NCBI GenBank assembly: GCA_045648705.1
Contig: JAZROO010000108.1
Span: forward strand, 31,887-95,886
DNA from: Eubacteriales bacterium
GTDB taxonomy: Bacteria; Bacillota; Clostridia; Oscillospirales; QAKW01
Direction: 5' to 3'
DNA: 64,000 bases
The notes beneath the pieces are model-generated. The model made no database searches, was not told the origin of the DNA, and saw only the letters and a list, made by a program, of their open reading frames with translations. This document shows positions 35,854 to 45,485 of the stretch, one piece after another. Numbering within the stretch: position 1 is the first letter of the stretch; each line of letters starts with the position of its first letter. The position numbers and the translations under genes were made by a program.

Positions 35854-36272
35854 TGATGAAATTAACTGAGAAAGTTGCTTATATCAGAGGTTTGATTGAT
35901 GGATTAAACCCCAAGGATGACGACACTTCTAAGATCATTGCCGCCATTGTTGATGTTTTAGGTGACATGGCTGATGCCATTGAAGAGATTGATGATGTTG
36001 TAAACGATCTCGACGAATACATTGGCGAAATCGACGATGATTTGGAAGCAGTTGAAGATTATCTGTGCGAAGATGAAGACGACGATTGTTGCGATTGTGA
36101 TTGTTGTGACTGCGGTGATGATGAGTATTACACCATTATCTGCCCCAAGTGCAACGAAGAGTTCTGTGTTGATGAAGATATCATCGACGAAGGCAGCATC
36201 AACTGCCCCAACTGTGACGAATTGCTCGAATTCGATCTCTCGGATGACGAAGAAGAACAAGAAAACAACTAA
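35853..36272 (+). CDS. Highly acidic Cys-rich zinc-ribbon protein of unknown function, translationally coupled to efp
   Basis: TAATG overlap with the efp stop. Helical N-terminal half, then a CCDCDCCDC cluster, then CPKC...CPNC zinc-ribbon pairs and an acidic tail. Confidence 0.75.
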   Translation: MMKLTEKVAYIRGLIDGLNPKDDDTSKIIAAIVDVLGDMADAIEEIDDVVNDLDEYIGEIDDDLEAVEDYLCEDEDDDCCDCDCCDCGDDEYYTIICPKCNEEFCVDEDIIDEGSINCPNCDELLEFDLSDDEEEQENN

Positions 36273-36274
36273 AA

Positions 36275-36310
36275 TAAAGGGTCGTAGCCACCAGGCTACG
36301 ACCCTTATTT
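36275..36310. terminator. Bidirectional intrinsic terminator
   Basis: GGGTCGTAGCC / ACCA / GGCTACGACCC flanked by A and T runs, between convergent genes. Confidence 0.85.
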
Positions 36311-37283
36311 AATTTTGATACAAAATATCAGATTCTGTATTTAGAGGAATGGTAATCAACTCATCAGATTTCACATTAGTATTTTTTAATGACACTGCAG
36401 TGATACGCGAATTATTGTAAGTGGTGTAATAATAAATCGACTGATCTAAATTGCAACATGAAGTATACTCTGTAATCTCATATTTTGATTCATCAATCAC
36501 AACGCAACCACGTTGTTGTTCTACCGCGCCCAAAATGTGAAAAAACTGACTAACACTACTTGCCTCGTTTTTATCACATACCGAATTTTCTTTTACAAAT
36601 GTCGCACGCACGAATCTTGACATCGAGGATAAATCCCCCGGCAGTCCCAAACCGCCAAGTCCTCTACTGTAAATATCAAGTTCCATTTCGGGCAAAAATG
36701 AGTTTTGGGGCGCATGGCGACTCAATTTCATATAATTATTCAAATGAAACAATTGCATCTTAAAAGGCGGATTATTGGTCAGAACGCCAACGGGATTATC
36801 ATATATTTGCAAACCTTCCCTTACACTCTCAACAACAATAGATTCATTTTTATCCGCTATCATCCAATGAAGCGGTGACAAAGCAAGTTCATCACTAAAC
36901 GGTATATTTATTAAATTTGTGTTGGACAAAACTTTCCTTGCCTGTGCCACCGAATCGCATTGTCCCAAAATCCAAGGGATCAATTCAAACGGGGCAACAT
37001 TTTCTTTTCCTTGCTCCCATGCGAAATAATAAGCATTTCCCGGGAAATTAAGCCCAGCCATGCCAAGCCCCTTTTCATTGATTGCATCAAAATACAATGG
37101 ATACTCATTTTGCACCACTGCCATCCCAATCAAAGAATAATGAGATAATAATTCTCTTGTTTTTCGAAATTTCAAAGGAAATTTTTGAGGAGTAATCACA
37201 ATTTTTTCTCCAAAAGAAATCTCATAGTCAAGTGTTCTGCCAAAATAATGGTCTTTGCCTTGAAACGTTATAGCTGTACACAT
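36309..37283 (-). CDS. Choloylglycine hydrolase family Ntn-hydrolase (bile salt hydrolase / penicillin V acylase type)
   Basis: Start set at MCTAITFQGKDHYFGRTLD (ATG 37283, GAGGTGA RBS), so the nucleophile Cys is residue 2 as this family requires. Confidence 0.85.
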   Translation of the reverse strand: MCTAITFQGKDHYFGRTLDYEISFGEKIVITPQKFPLKFRKTRELLSHYSLIGMAVVQNEYPLYFDAINEKGLGMAGLNFPGNAYYFAWEQGKENVAPFELIPWILGQCDSVAQARKVLSNTNLINIPFSDELALSPLHWMIADKNESIVVESVREGLQIYDNPVGVLTNNPPFKMQLFHLNNYMKLSRHAPQNSFLPEMELDIYSRGLGGLGLPGDLSSMSRFVRATFVKENSVCDKNEASSVSQFFHILGAVEQQRGCVVIDESKYEITEYTSCCNLDQSIYYYTTYNNSRITAVSLKNTNVKSDELITIPLNTESDILYQN

Positions 37284-37315
37284 TAAAATCACCTCATTAC
37301 TATTATAGACAAAAT

Positions 37316-37340
37316 AAAAAACCTCCATTGGAGGTTTTTT
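37316..37340 (-). terminator. Intrinsic terminator after mutS2
   Basis: AAAAAACCTCC / ATT / GGAGGTTTTTT. Confidence 0.7.
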
Positions 37341-37341
37341 A

Positions 37342-39705
37342 TTATTTTAAATCTACAATTGTAACACCACTGTCGCCCTGCCCGAATGCGCCAAGTTTAA
37401 ATGTTCTTACTGCCGAGTGAGATTTGAGATAAGCATGGACCCCGGCACGCAAAACACCTGTTCCCTTGCCATGAATAATCGAAACACTCGGAAGTTTGGC
37501 AAGCAGTGCCTGATCTAAAAATCGGTCAATCTCATCTGTGGCATCAAGAACGTTCATTCCGCGAATGTCCAGTTCAGTTTTTACCGTTCTGTTAAATTCA
37601 GCGCGTTCAAAACGAACGGTTTCCTTTTTCTTTTCAGCCAATGGCTCACGAAGATCTGCAACTTTCACTTTCATACGTAGGGAATCTGCAGAAATATAAA
37701 CTAAATTTCCCTGCACACTTTCTACCCTTACATTTCGATTTAAAGTAGGCAGAAAAACAGTTTGTCCTGCTTTAGGCGGTTGCGCCAAAAGAGCCATTGT
37801 TTCGGTTTCTTTCTTTCGTTGCCGAATTTCTATATCTTCAAGTTTTCCTGCTGCTCGTTTTACGGAACTTTTAATTTCATGATACTGCGCCTTACTCATT
37901 TGCTCTCTGAGTTTCATAAGTTCGGTTTGTAACAAATCAGCTTGTCGTCTTGCACTATCAACAATTGTTTTTGCACGTTGCTCGGCAGCAGCAATTTTAT
38001 TATCGGCACCTTGGAAAAGTTTTCTTTTCTCCTTTTCAAGATCAGCCTTTTGTTGGATCAGTTCCCTTTCACGTATTTTCATACCTTCAAGACGTTGATG
38101 ATAAGCATTACGTTGTTCATTCAAAGCATCAATTACTTGTTCAACGTTCTGATGTTCCCCTGAAATACGAAGTTTAGCGTCCTCTATCACGTCTTCACCG
38201 AGACCTAATTTCTTTGAAATCTCAAAGGCATATGATTTCCCGGGAACACCAATTTGCAGTTTGTAGGTTGGCTGAAGTTTCTCTAAATCAAATGCAAACG
38301 ATGCATTTTTAACACCCGGAGTGGTGAGAGCATACGTTTTCAGTTCGCCATAATGTGTAGTAGCCGCCAAAAAAGCATATTTGGATCTGATTTTTTCAAC
38401 TACTGAAACCGCCAAAGCAGCACCTTCCACCGGATCTGTACCACTGCCAAGTTCATCAAACAATACTAAATCACCACAAGAACAGTCGGAAATAATATTT
38501 TTGATGTTTCGCATATGTGATGAAAAGGTAGACAGTGACTGCTCAATTGACTGTTCATCACCAATATCTGCGTAGATGCGGTCAAAAACATAAACCTCAG
38601 CGCTTTGTGCCGGCAAAGGCAGGCCTGCTTTTGCCATCAGACATAAAAGTCCCGTAGTTTTCAAAAATACAGTTTTTCCGCCCGTATTAGGACCTGTTAC
38701 AACAATCGTGTCACATTCCTGGTCCATGCGAACGTCAAGCGGCACCATCACTGACTTATCGATCAAAGGATGTCTGGCATTTTTAAATGAAATAATTTTT
38801 TTATCGCTGAAGGTCGGTGCGCAACAGTCCTCAGCAAGCGCATATTTTGCCTTCGCAAAGATGTAATCCAGTGATAATACCACTTGATATGCCACCTTCA
38901 ATTTAGCGGCACATTCTGCGATTTTTTCGCTCAAACGAGCAAGAATACGAAGTATCTCGTTCTGTTCTTCGATCTCAAGCTTTTTGATTTTATTATTTTG
39001 TTCGATAACAAACAAAGGCTCTATAAACAAAGTGTTACCGCTGGCAGAAGTGTCATGGAGCAATCCGGTTATGTTGCCTTTGTTATCGGCTTTTACGGGA
39101 ATAACATAACGATCGGAACGCAAAGTTACGATGGGCTCTTGCAAATGAGAAGAAACATCGGGAGATTTAATAAATCTCTCCAGATCATCTTTGATCGCGT
39201 GGCTTGTCCGAATGATATTACGTCGGATGGCCGCCAGTTCATCTGAAGCAGTATCCGCAATCGCGCCACTTGGTAAAAAGGTTCGTTCAATAGCGTTCAG
39301 CAAAGAATTGTCACTGTAAAGCTGAGAAAAATATAAATCAAGTGCAGGCGTCTCAAATTTCTTATCATCGTAATAATTGAACAACTCTTGATTACTGCGC
39401 AAAAGTCTACCGACTTCACGTATTTCATCAGCCGAAAGCGAAATTTGTTTTTGTGTTTTTTGCAAGGAAAACAAAACAAATTCTTCCATCGCAAATAACG
39501 GAACACTCGGCTTATATATCAAGAGTTTTCGTGCCGCTTCAGTATGAGAAAGCAATGTGGCGGCACAAGCAGAATCATATTCCGGCAAAAGTGATAGCAA
39601 TCGTTCTTTGTTAATCGGGCAAAGAGCGTATGCAGCCACTTTTTGCATAACCTTAGGAAATTCAAGTGCTTGTGCTGATTTAAAATAAAAGAAATTCTTT
39701 TTCAT
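37342..39705 (-). CDS. mutS2: Endonuclease MutS2 (MutS domain V ATPase plus C-terminal Smr domain)
   Basis: Walker A GPNTGGKT, DELGSGTDP, a long coiled coil, and an Smr domain (LDIRGM...IIHGKGTGVLR). Confidence 0.93.
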   Translation of the reverse strand: MKKNFFYFKSAQALEFPKVMQKVAAYALCPINKERLLSLLPEYDSACAATLLSHTEAARKLLIYKPSVPLFAMEEFVLFSLQKTQKQISLSADEIREVGRLLRSNQELFNYYDDKKFETPALDLYFSQLYSDNSLLNAIERTFLPSGAIADTASDELAAIRRNIIRTSHAIKDDLERFIKSPDVSSHLQEPIVTLRSDRYVIPVKADNKGNITGLLHDTSASGNTLFIEPLFVIEQNNKIKKLEIEEQNEILRILARLSEKIAECAAKLKVAYQVVLSLDYIFAKAKYALAEDCCAPTFSDKKIISFKNARHPLIDKSVMVPLDVRMDQECDTIVVTGPNTGGKTVFLKTTGLLCLMAKAGLPLPAQSAEVYVFDRIYADIGDEQSIEQSLSTFSSHMRNIKNIISDCSCGDLVLFDELGSGTDPVEGAALAVSVVEKIRSKYAFLAATTHYGELKTYALTTPGVKNASFAFDLEKLQPTYKLQIGVPGKSYAFEISKKLGLGEDVIEDAKLRISGEHQNVEQVIDALNEQRNAYHQRLEGMKIRERELIQQKADLEKEKRKLFQGADNKIAAAEQRAKTIVDSARRQADLLQTELMKLREQMSKAQYHEIKSSVKRAAGKLEDIEIRQRKKETETMALLAQPPKAGQTVFLPTLNRNVRVESVQGNLVYISADSLRMKVKVADLREPLAEKKKETVRFERAEFNRTVKTELDIRGMNVLDATDEIDRFLDQALLAKLPSVSIIHGKGTGVLRAGVHAYLKSHSAVRTFKLGAFGQGDSGVTIVDLK

Positions 39706-39708
39706 AAT

Positions 39709-40452
39709 TTATCCTAATACTTTGTATATTTCTAACGCAGAAAAACTCTGCTCAGTATGATATTTCAAATATTCTTCGGCAATGTTTGAAATATTCAAGA
39801 TAGACGACGTCGGAAGTTTAAAAGAAAATGCCTTTGAAGGAATTTGTCCCAAAATATAAACAATGGCCTTAAGTTCAGAAGCCAAAACCGAAAATGCAGG
39901 TGCTTTTCCTGCCGTTGGCAAACATGAAGCGCAATACAAACCGCCATCCTCCACCGAAAGCAAAACGCCGTCTTGATACGAAATGTGCTCACAAGCTTGC
40001 AAAGATGGTGCAAAACCGAGATATGATATCACTTTCCACTCAAAAACCGCTTTCGTCTTATGAATATGCTCAGGTTTGTTGCTGAGTAAATACAGTGCAT
40101 TGAGCATTAAAGAGCAAAGTTCATTTGAATAGTTTGAATTTTCTTCCTGTGTTGCAAAAAGACAAAGTTGTGAAAAATATCCCGCCAAAGTTGCCGCTTG
40201 CAAATTGTTTCTGAGAGAAAAAAAGTTATCCAAAACTGTTGCGCTATTTAAAGTATATTTCCCATTGTTTTCATATAAAACAAACTCACAATATGTATAT
40301 AAATCCAGCAAGTCCTTTTTCTTTCCGCCGGATTTATAGCGATTATCAAACACCTGTATCCTACCACGATCCTCACTTAAAATGAAAAGTAAGCGATTTT
40401 CGTGAACAGTATCGCTGATTTTTAAAATTACACCTTTTGTTTTTAGCGTCAT
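39709..40452 (-). CDS. recO: DNA repair protein RecO
   Basis: OB-fold N-terminus (KTKGVILK...) and size consistent with RecO. Conserved era-yqzL-recO position. Confidence 0.85.
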   Translation of the reverse strand: MTLKTKGVILKISDTVHENRLLFILSEDRGRIQVFDNRYKSGGKKKDLLDLYTYCEFVLYENNGKYTLNSATVLDNFFSLRNNLQAATLAGYFSQLCLFATQEENSNYSNELCSLMLNALYLLSNKPEHIHKTKAVFEWKVISYLGFAPSLQACEHISYQDGVLLSVEDGGLYCASCLPTAGKAPAFSVLASELKAIVYILGQIPSKAFSFKLPTSSILNISNIAEEYLKYHTEQSFSALEIYKVLG

Positions 40453-40453
40453 A

Positions 40454-40597
40454 TCAATCCGACAGATACGGCTCCCCCGGCATTTCGTCAGGCAACTGCC
40501 GCCGCTGTTGTGCCTCCGATTTCAATTGTAAATATAATAAATATGCTTCCACGTTTCCGGTTTGCTCAAAAATGCCCCATGCTTGTTCATAATTCAC
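40454..40597 (-). CDS. yqzL: YqzL-family small protein (47 aa)
   Basis: Below the ORF track length cutoff. GTG 40597 behind GGAGGG. Reads (M)NYEQAWGIFEQTGNVEAYLLYLQLKSEAQQRRQLPDEMPGEPYLSD. Its TGA stop is 1 nt from the recO ATG. Same position as B. subtilis yqzL between era and recO. Confidence 0.7.
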   Translation of the reverse strand: MNYEQAWGIFEQTGNVEAYLLYLQLKSEAQQRRQLPDEMPGEPYLSD

Positions 40598-40674
40598 AAC
40601 GATCCCTCCGCTATATTGTATGTTTCACTCTTAGTTTTTGCCAATAAGAGCAAAATACAAGTGGGAGGTTTTTC

Positions 40675-41553
40675 CTACTCTTTAAATCCTAAAGCACTGA
40701 GGGCAGAAGCATCATTTCTCCAGTCTTTTTTAACTTTAACAAAACAATCCAAAAAGACCTTGCAGTCATAAGTAAATTCAAGTTCTTTTCGTATAGCCTC
40801 ACCGATTTTACGAAGAGATTGTCCGCTTTTACCAATGATAATTGCTTTGTGCGAATCACGCTCACAAAATATTGTAATTGCCACCTTAACCAAACGGTCC
40901 CCTTTTTCAAGTCCGGTCAACTGAACTGCCGTACCGTGCGGAACCTCTTCGCCAAGCAGATAAAGCATTTTTTCTCTCGCCATCTCGCAAATCATTTGAC
41001 TTTCATCCATGTCAGTGACTTGCTCGTCATCATAGTAAAACGGTGCAGGTGTGGCAAATCCCAAGAGAATGTTTCTCAACAAATCAACGCCGTCTTTCTT
41101 ATAAGCACTGATCGGCACAATCTCATCAAAATTATAAGCTGCAGAAAATGCCGCTATTGTTTTAAGGACATCTTCTTTGGGGCGCAAATCAATTTTATTG
41201 ATCACCAAAACAGTCTTACCGTTCAAACGCTTGAACATTCTTTCTTCAGCTGCACGAACATCGTCGCCCGACTCTATCACCATCACGGTAATATCGGTTT
41301 CCTTGGCACTATCTTCTGCAACCTTAACCATATAGTTACCAAGTTTACTCTTGGCTTTATGAACACCCGGTGTATCCAAAAAAACAAGTTGAGTATCACC
41401 TTGTGTCAGGATTCCGGTTATTCTGTTTCTTGTTGTTTGCGGTTTGGGAGAAACTATAGAAACTTTCATTCCAATCAGCGCATTCAACAACGTTGATTTA
41501 CCAACGTTTGGTCTACCTATTAACGTAATAAATGCAGATTTTGTTTCACTCAT
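40675..41553 (-). CDS. era: GTPase Era
   Basis: AFITLIGRPNVGKSTLLN, DTPG, NKID and a C-terminal KH domain. Confidence 0.95.
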   Translation of the reverse strand: MSETKSAFITLIGRPNVGKSTLLNALIGMKVSIVSPKPQTTRNRITGILTQGDTQLVFLDTPGVHKAKSKLGNYMVKVAEDSAKETDITVMVIESGDDVRAAEERMFKRLNGKTVLVINKIDLRPKEDVLKTIAAFSAAYNFDEIVPISAYKKDGVDLLRNILLGFATPAPFYYDDEQVTDMDESQMICEMAREKMLYLLGEEVPHGTAVQLTGLEKGDRLVKVAITIFCERDSHKAIIIGKSGQSLRKIGEAIRKELEFTYDCKVFLDCFVKVKKDWRNDASALSALGFKE

Positions 41554-42035
41554 CGGTTTACTCCCATATTTTTTAGAATTTCATTTTGTTTTTGAAACAT
41601 TATGGCTTCTTGTTCTTCTCCCAATTCGTGGTCATATCCAAGTAAATGCAGTGTACTGTGCACCGTCAAAAAGCATACTTCTCTTTTAAGAGAATGACCG
41701 TATTCTTCAGCCTGTTCTTTTGCTCTTGGTAAACATAGGACCATATTGCCAAGAAGCACCGCTTGACCTGATATGATATCTTGCTTTGCTTGCTCGGGAT
41801 TTTCATATAGAGGAAAAGAAAGAACATCTGTTACCCGATCAATCTCACGATATTCACAGTTCATTGATTGAATGGTGTGTTCATCCACAATCAATGCCTC
41901 AATTGCGCAGTCAAAATCAACGCCTTCGTAAGCAAGAGCGGCATTGAAAGATTTTATAATATATTCTTCCAGTTCTTCTTGCTTTTCTAATTCCCATTCA
42001 ATTATAACATCATTTTTTCTCGTCATAATTTTCAT
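41550..42035 (-). CDS. ybeY: rRNA maturation endoribonuclease YbeY
   Basis: HSTLHLLGYDH zinc motif. ATGA overlap with era. An alternative start lies at 42026. Confidence 0.92.
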   Translation of the reverse strand: MKIMTRKNDVIIEWELEKQEELEEYIIKSFNAALAYEGVDFDCAIEALIVDEHTIQSMNCEYREIDRVTDVLSFPLYENPEQAKQDIISGQAVLLGNMVLCLPRAKEQAEEYGHSLKREVCFLTVHSTLHLLGYDHELGEEQEAIMFQKQNEILKNMGVNR

Positions 42036-42960
42036 ACGCTCCGATTATTTTCTGAACCAAAGGATGACGAACAACATCTTTTTTATCAAATCGATGTATG
42101 CCAATCCCATCAATATCTTTCAAAACTTGCAAAGCATGTTTTAGTCCGGACTGAGTTCCGTGAGGCAAATCAATCTGCGTAATATCACCCGTTACCACAA
42201 TTTTGGAACGATAGCCAAATCGGGTTAAAAACATTTTCATTTGTTCCTTGCTTGTGTTTTGCGCCTCGTCCAATATAATAAAACTGTCCTCCAATGTTCT
42301 GCCGCGCATATATGCTAGTGGCGCAATTTCAATGATACCTTTTTCCATGTATCTTTGAAACATTTCACCGCCCAACATATCGTAAAGAGCATCATAAAGC
42401 GGTCTGAGATACGGGTCAACCTTATTTTGCAAATCACCCGGCAAAAAGCCAAGTTTTTCACCGGCTTCAACTGCAGGTCTTGTCAGTATAATGCGCGAAA
42501 CTTGTTTACTTTTAAGAGAATTTACCGCAAGAGCCACTGCTAAATATGTTTTGCCGGTTCCTGCCGGACCCTCACCAAAAGTGACAACGTTTTGAAGTAT
42601 GCTTTCAACATATTGCTTTTGACCCAAACTCTTTGGTTTAATAGGTTTTCCCTTATAGGTAATACACAAGCAATCACTCAAGGCTTGCACAACGTCACCC
42701 GCATCTTGTCCGTCAAATGAAAGCAGATAACGTACCGTTTGTATATCCAGCGGTTCACCCTTTTGTACCAAATCAATCATTTTATTCAGTACATAGACCG
42801 CTTTTTCGACACCCTCCTGTTCACCGCTGATCATCAAATTTCCTGCGCGGCTCACAATGCGTACTCCGCATCCGGCTTCGATGTTTTGGACATTTTCATC
42901 AAACGTTCCAAATAAGGCACGTAAAGTGTCTTCATTACCAATTGATATGATTTTTTCCAT
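42010..42960 (-). CDS. phoH: PhoH-family ATPase
   Basis: Walker A GPAGTGKTYLAV and the ILDEAQN Walker B-like motif. Confidence 0.92.
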   Translation of the reverse strand: MEKIISIGNEDTLRALFGTFDENVQNIEAGCGVRIVSRAGNLMISGEQEGVEKAVYVLNKMIDLVQKGEPLDIQTVRYLLSFDGQDAGDVVQALSDCLCITYKGKPIKPKSLGQKQYVESILQNVVTFGEGPAGTGKTYLAVALAVNSLKSKQVSRIILTRPAVEAGEKLGFLPGDLQNKVDPYLRPLYDALYDMLGGEMFQRYMEKGIIEIAPLAYMRGRTLEDSFIILDEAQNTSKEQMKMFLTRFGYRSKIVVTGDITQIDLPHGTQSGLKHALQVLKDIDGIGIHRFDKKDVVRHPLVQKIIGAYENYDEKK

Positions 42961-42965
42961 TAATT

Positions 42966-44144
42966 TTAACCCCCGACCTTATATGCTATATCCTCTATAC
43001 ATTGATACCGAGCTACCAAAATCAATTGCCCGTCTTGTGTTTTTTCTTTAATGGTTTTACTGACAATTTCAGCCCTAAAAAAATACTCTTTTTCTTTTTT
43101 GGTAAGTTCTGCCAGCGCTGCCGCTTTTGCTTGTTCGTAGGGAATCTCTTTTTTTATGACTTGAACATCTGTATATGTGTTTTTTTCAATAGAAACAGGT
43201 AAAGCAAAATCACCAAATTTGAGTATGTTTATCTTATTAGTTATATCATACTTATTATATGATATTTTCTTATTAAAATAAAGGGGTATTTTCAAATTAA
43301 ATAAATTCAAGGTAAAAAAAGATTTCTTCTTTCCACTCGCTAAATGGAGGTTTTCATATAGCGGAGTCTCTGCCTTAAGTTCTCTAAATGTTTTTGCATT
43401 TATTGTCGCCATAGAATGAACAATGATGCTTTTTCCATAACGATCAATATATTCCCTACTAACCAACTTGTCTCCGGCGCACACCGAATCCCCAACCTCA
43501 ACAAGAGGTGTACCGCTAGTGGTAATCATTGAAATGATTTGCCCATCTCTTGCGGCATATATATCGCACGGAGTACTTAAATCATAAATTTCAACTTTTT
43601 TGCCTGTTTTCTCACGCAATTCAATATACGCTGTTGTAGCGCGCATATTTACCGACACCCAAAAAACATCTTTATTTTGAATCAAAAATTGATTCTCAAT
43701 AGATGTAATGTCAAGTCCAAAACGCCTCTTGCCAAAGCCAATCCCCAATTGCTCAAATTGCCTGATAATTTCGGTTTCAGTTGTCTTTTCATCGCATCCA
43801 AGTACTTTGACATCCCAAATAAAACAATTTAGTACACCAAGCAAAAAAAGGCTTAATAACGCTCCACCCAAAAGCCCCCATCTTCCGCGATACTTCTTAT
43901 AAACCAGGCACGCGCTTTTATGAAGTATAATTTTATTTTCGGCATTGTAGCGAAAACAAATTTCTTGTAATACTTTAAAATCTTTTTCAAATATTTTTAC
44001 CTCAATACTCTGCTCATCAAGTCTTTTTAGTTTCCAAAAATCAACACCTTTCCGATGAACAATATTCAATATGTGTTCACACTGTGAAGAGATTATTTTA
44101 ACCGTGATAGTTCCTTTAAAAAAGTTTATAAATTTCGAAAGCAT
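42966..44144 (-). CDS. yqfD: Sporulation protein YqfD
   Basis: N-terminal pattern typical of YqfD (GTITVKI...HILNIVHRKGVDFW), one central TM helix, and the conserved position between yqfC and phoH. Confidence 0.8.
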   Translation of the reverse strand: MLSKFINFFKGTITVKIISSQCEHILNIVHRKGVDFWKLKRLDEQSIEVKIFEKDFKVLQEICFRYNAENKIILHKSACLVYKKYRGRWGLLGGALLSLFLLGVLNCFIWDVKVLGCDEKTTETEIIRQFEQLGIGFGKRRFGLDITSIENQFLIQNKDVFWVSVNMRATTAYIELREKTGKKVEIYDLSTPCDIYAARDGQIISMITTSGTPLVEVGDSVCAGDKLVSREYIDRYGKSIIVHSMATINAKTFRELKAETPLYENLHLASGKKKSFFTLNLFNLKIPLYFNKKISYNKYDITNKINILKFGDFALPVSIEKNTYTDVQVIKKEIPYEQAKAAALAELTKKEKEYFFRAEIVSKTIKEKTQDGQLILVARYQCIEDIAYKVGG

Positions 44145-44154
44145 ACCTCAACTC

Positions 44155-44430
44155 CTATTCAAAAACAAGTGAACTCAGCATACCACGAACAACTATAACA
44201 TTTTCTAAAAACATATCCACTCTGAGTTTTTGCCCTTGAATTAAAACGCTACGCTCTTTCACCTGAATACGCACTATTGTGTCATTATATTCTATAATGC
44301 CTTTTGCGCCCTCAATAACCAATTCTTTTTGACCAAACAGTTCCATATGGGTTTGAGACACAAAAGCATTCTCAGGTAAATTCAAAGCACGAACAAACCC
44401 TTGCCACGCCGAATACTTTTTGTTTTTCAT
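44155..44430 (-). CDS. yqfC: Sporulation protein YqfC
   Basis: Start MKNKKYS (ATG 44430). MELFGQKELVIEGAKGIIEYNDTIVRI matches the YqfC family core. The longer track ORF would overlap the divergent gene. Confidence 0.8.
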   Translation of the reverse strand: MKNKKYSAWQGFVRALNLPENAFVSQTHMELFGQKELVIEGAKGIIEYNDTIVRIQVKERSVLIQGQKLRVDMFLENVIVVRGMLSSLVFE

Positions 44431-44495
44431 GGCGCAAAACTCCCGTTCTTTTTTAATATGATATATGATATATTTACTATAAGGAGTGGATAAAT

Positions 44496-45485
44496 ATGCG
44501 CTCACAAAGCAAGGTGATCACAACAATTATAATTTTATTTTTCTTTATTGTTATCTCACAAACCGTTCGTGCTTCGATTCAAAACTCACTGGCGCTTTGC
44601 GCCCAACTGCTTATACCATCACTTTTTCCTTTTTTCATAATCAGTGGTATGCTTTTTGATTTCGGCATTGATCTGATATTTCCGCCTTCACTATGTTGCT
44701 TTTTAATCAGCCTATTTTGCGGATTTCCTGTCGGAACAAAAAGCGTTTGTGATAGTTACACCCACGAAAATCTCACCAAAAGTCAAGCAAATATGCTTTT
44801 GCTTTGTACTGCAAACGCCTCCCCTGCATTTGTTGTAGTTGCCTTAGGAGAAACCATACTACAAAACAAAACGCTTGGTTATTTATTTTTTCTGTGCCAA
44901 ACAATAAACGCAATATTACTTTATCTTTTATTTGTTCCAAAAAGCAAAAAAACCAAAGCTAAAGCAATCTCAAAAAACGTTGTTAGTTCATTAATAGATA
45001 ATGCAAAATCAGCAACCGAGCAAATTCTTTTTGTATGCTCAATAACCATTGTTTTTGGAATTATATTCGATATAGCAGCACTCGTTTTAAAGGGAAATTT
45101 AATTAAATTATCAAGTTTGATTGAACTGCTTCACGGCATTTTAATACTAGATAAGAGTGATTTGACAATCATCGGAACAGCACTTGGATTTTCCGGTCTT
45201 GCAGTAATATCACAGTGCATATTTTTCATTAAAAAAACAGACCTAGAAATCAAATACCTGATTTTAGGAAAAATACAATCCGCCGCAACACTACCACTAT
45301 TTATCAACGTATTTTTAGTGCCACATATCCGACAAAAAATTCTCTGCCTTTCAATAATTGTTTTGACAAACTTCGTCATAATGTGTATAATAAAATCCAA
45401 AGGGTGTGAAACAAAAGATGATTTTTTCAAAAAACATAGAAAAATGTTGTGCATATTGCGAAAGAGCAACAAAAGTTGCATTTAG
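44496..45485 (+). CDS. YlbJ-like sporulation integral membrane protein (nucleoside-recognition/Gate-domain type)
   Basis: LIPSLFPFFIISGML...GFPVGTKSV...LTKSQANMLLLCTANASPAF resembles YlbJ. It is shorter (329 aa) than B. subtilis YlbJ as I remember it. Confidence 0.55.
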   Translation: MRSQSKVITTIIILFFFIVISQTVRASIQNSLALCAQLLIPSLFPFFIISGMLFDFGIDLIFPPSLCCFLISLFCGFPVGTKSVCDSYTHENLTKSQANMLLLCTANASPAFVVVALGETILQNKTLGYLFFLCQTINAILLYLLFVPKSKKTKAKAISKNVVSSLIDNAKSATEQILFVCSITIVFGIIFDIAALVLKGNLIKLSSLIELLHGILILDKSDLTIIGTALGFSGLAVISQCIFFIKKTDLEIKYLILGKIQSAATLPLFINVFLVPHIRQKILCLSIIVLTNFVIMCIIKSKGCETKDDFFKKHRKMLCILRKSNKSCI

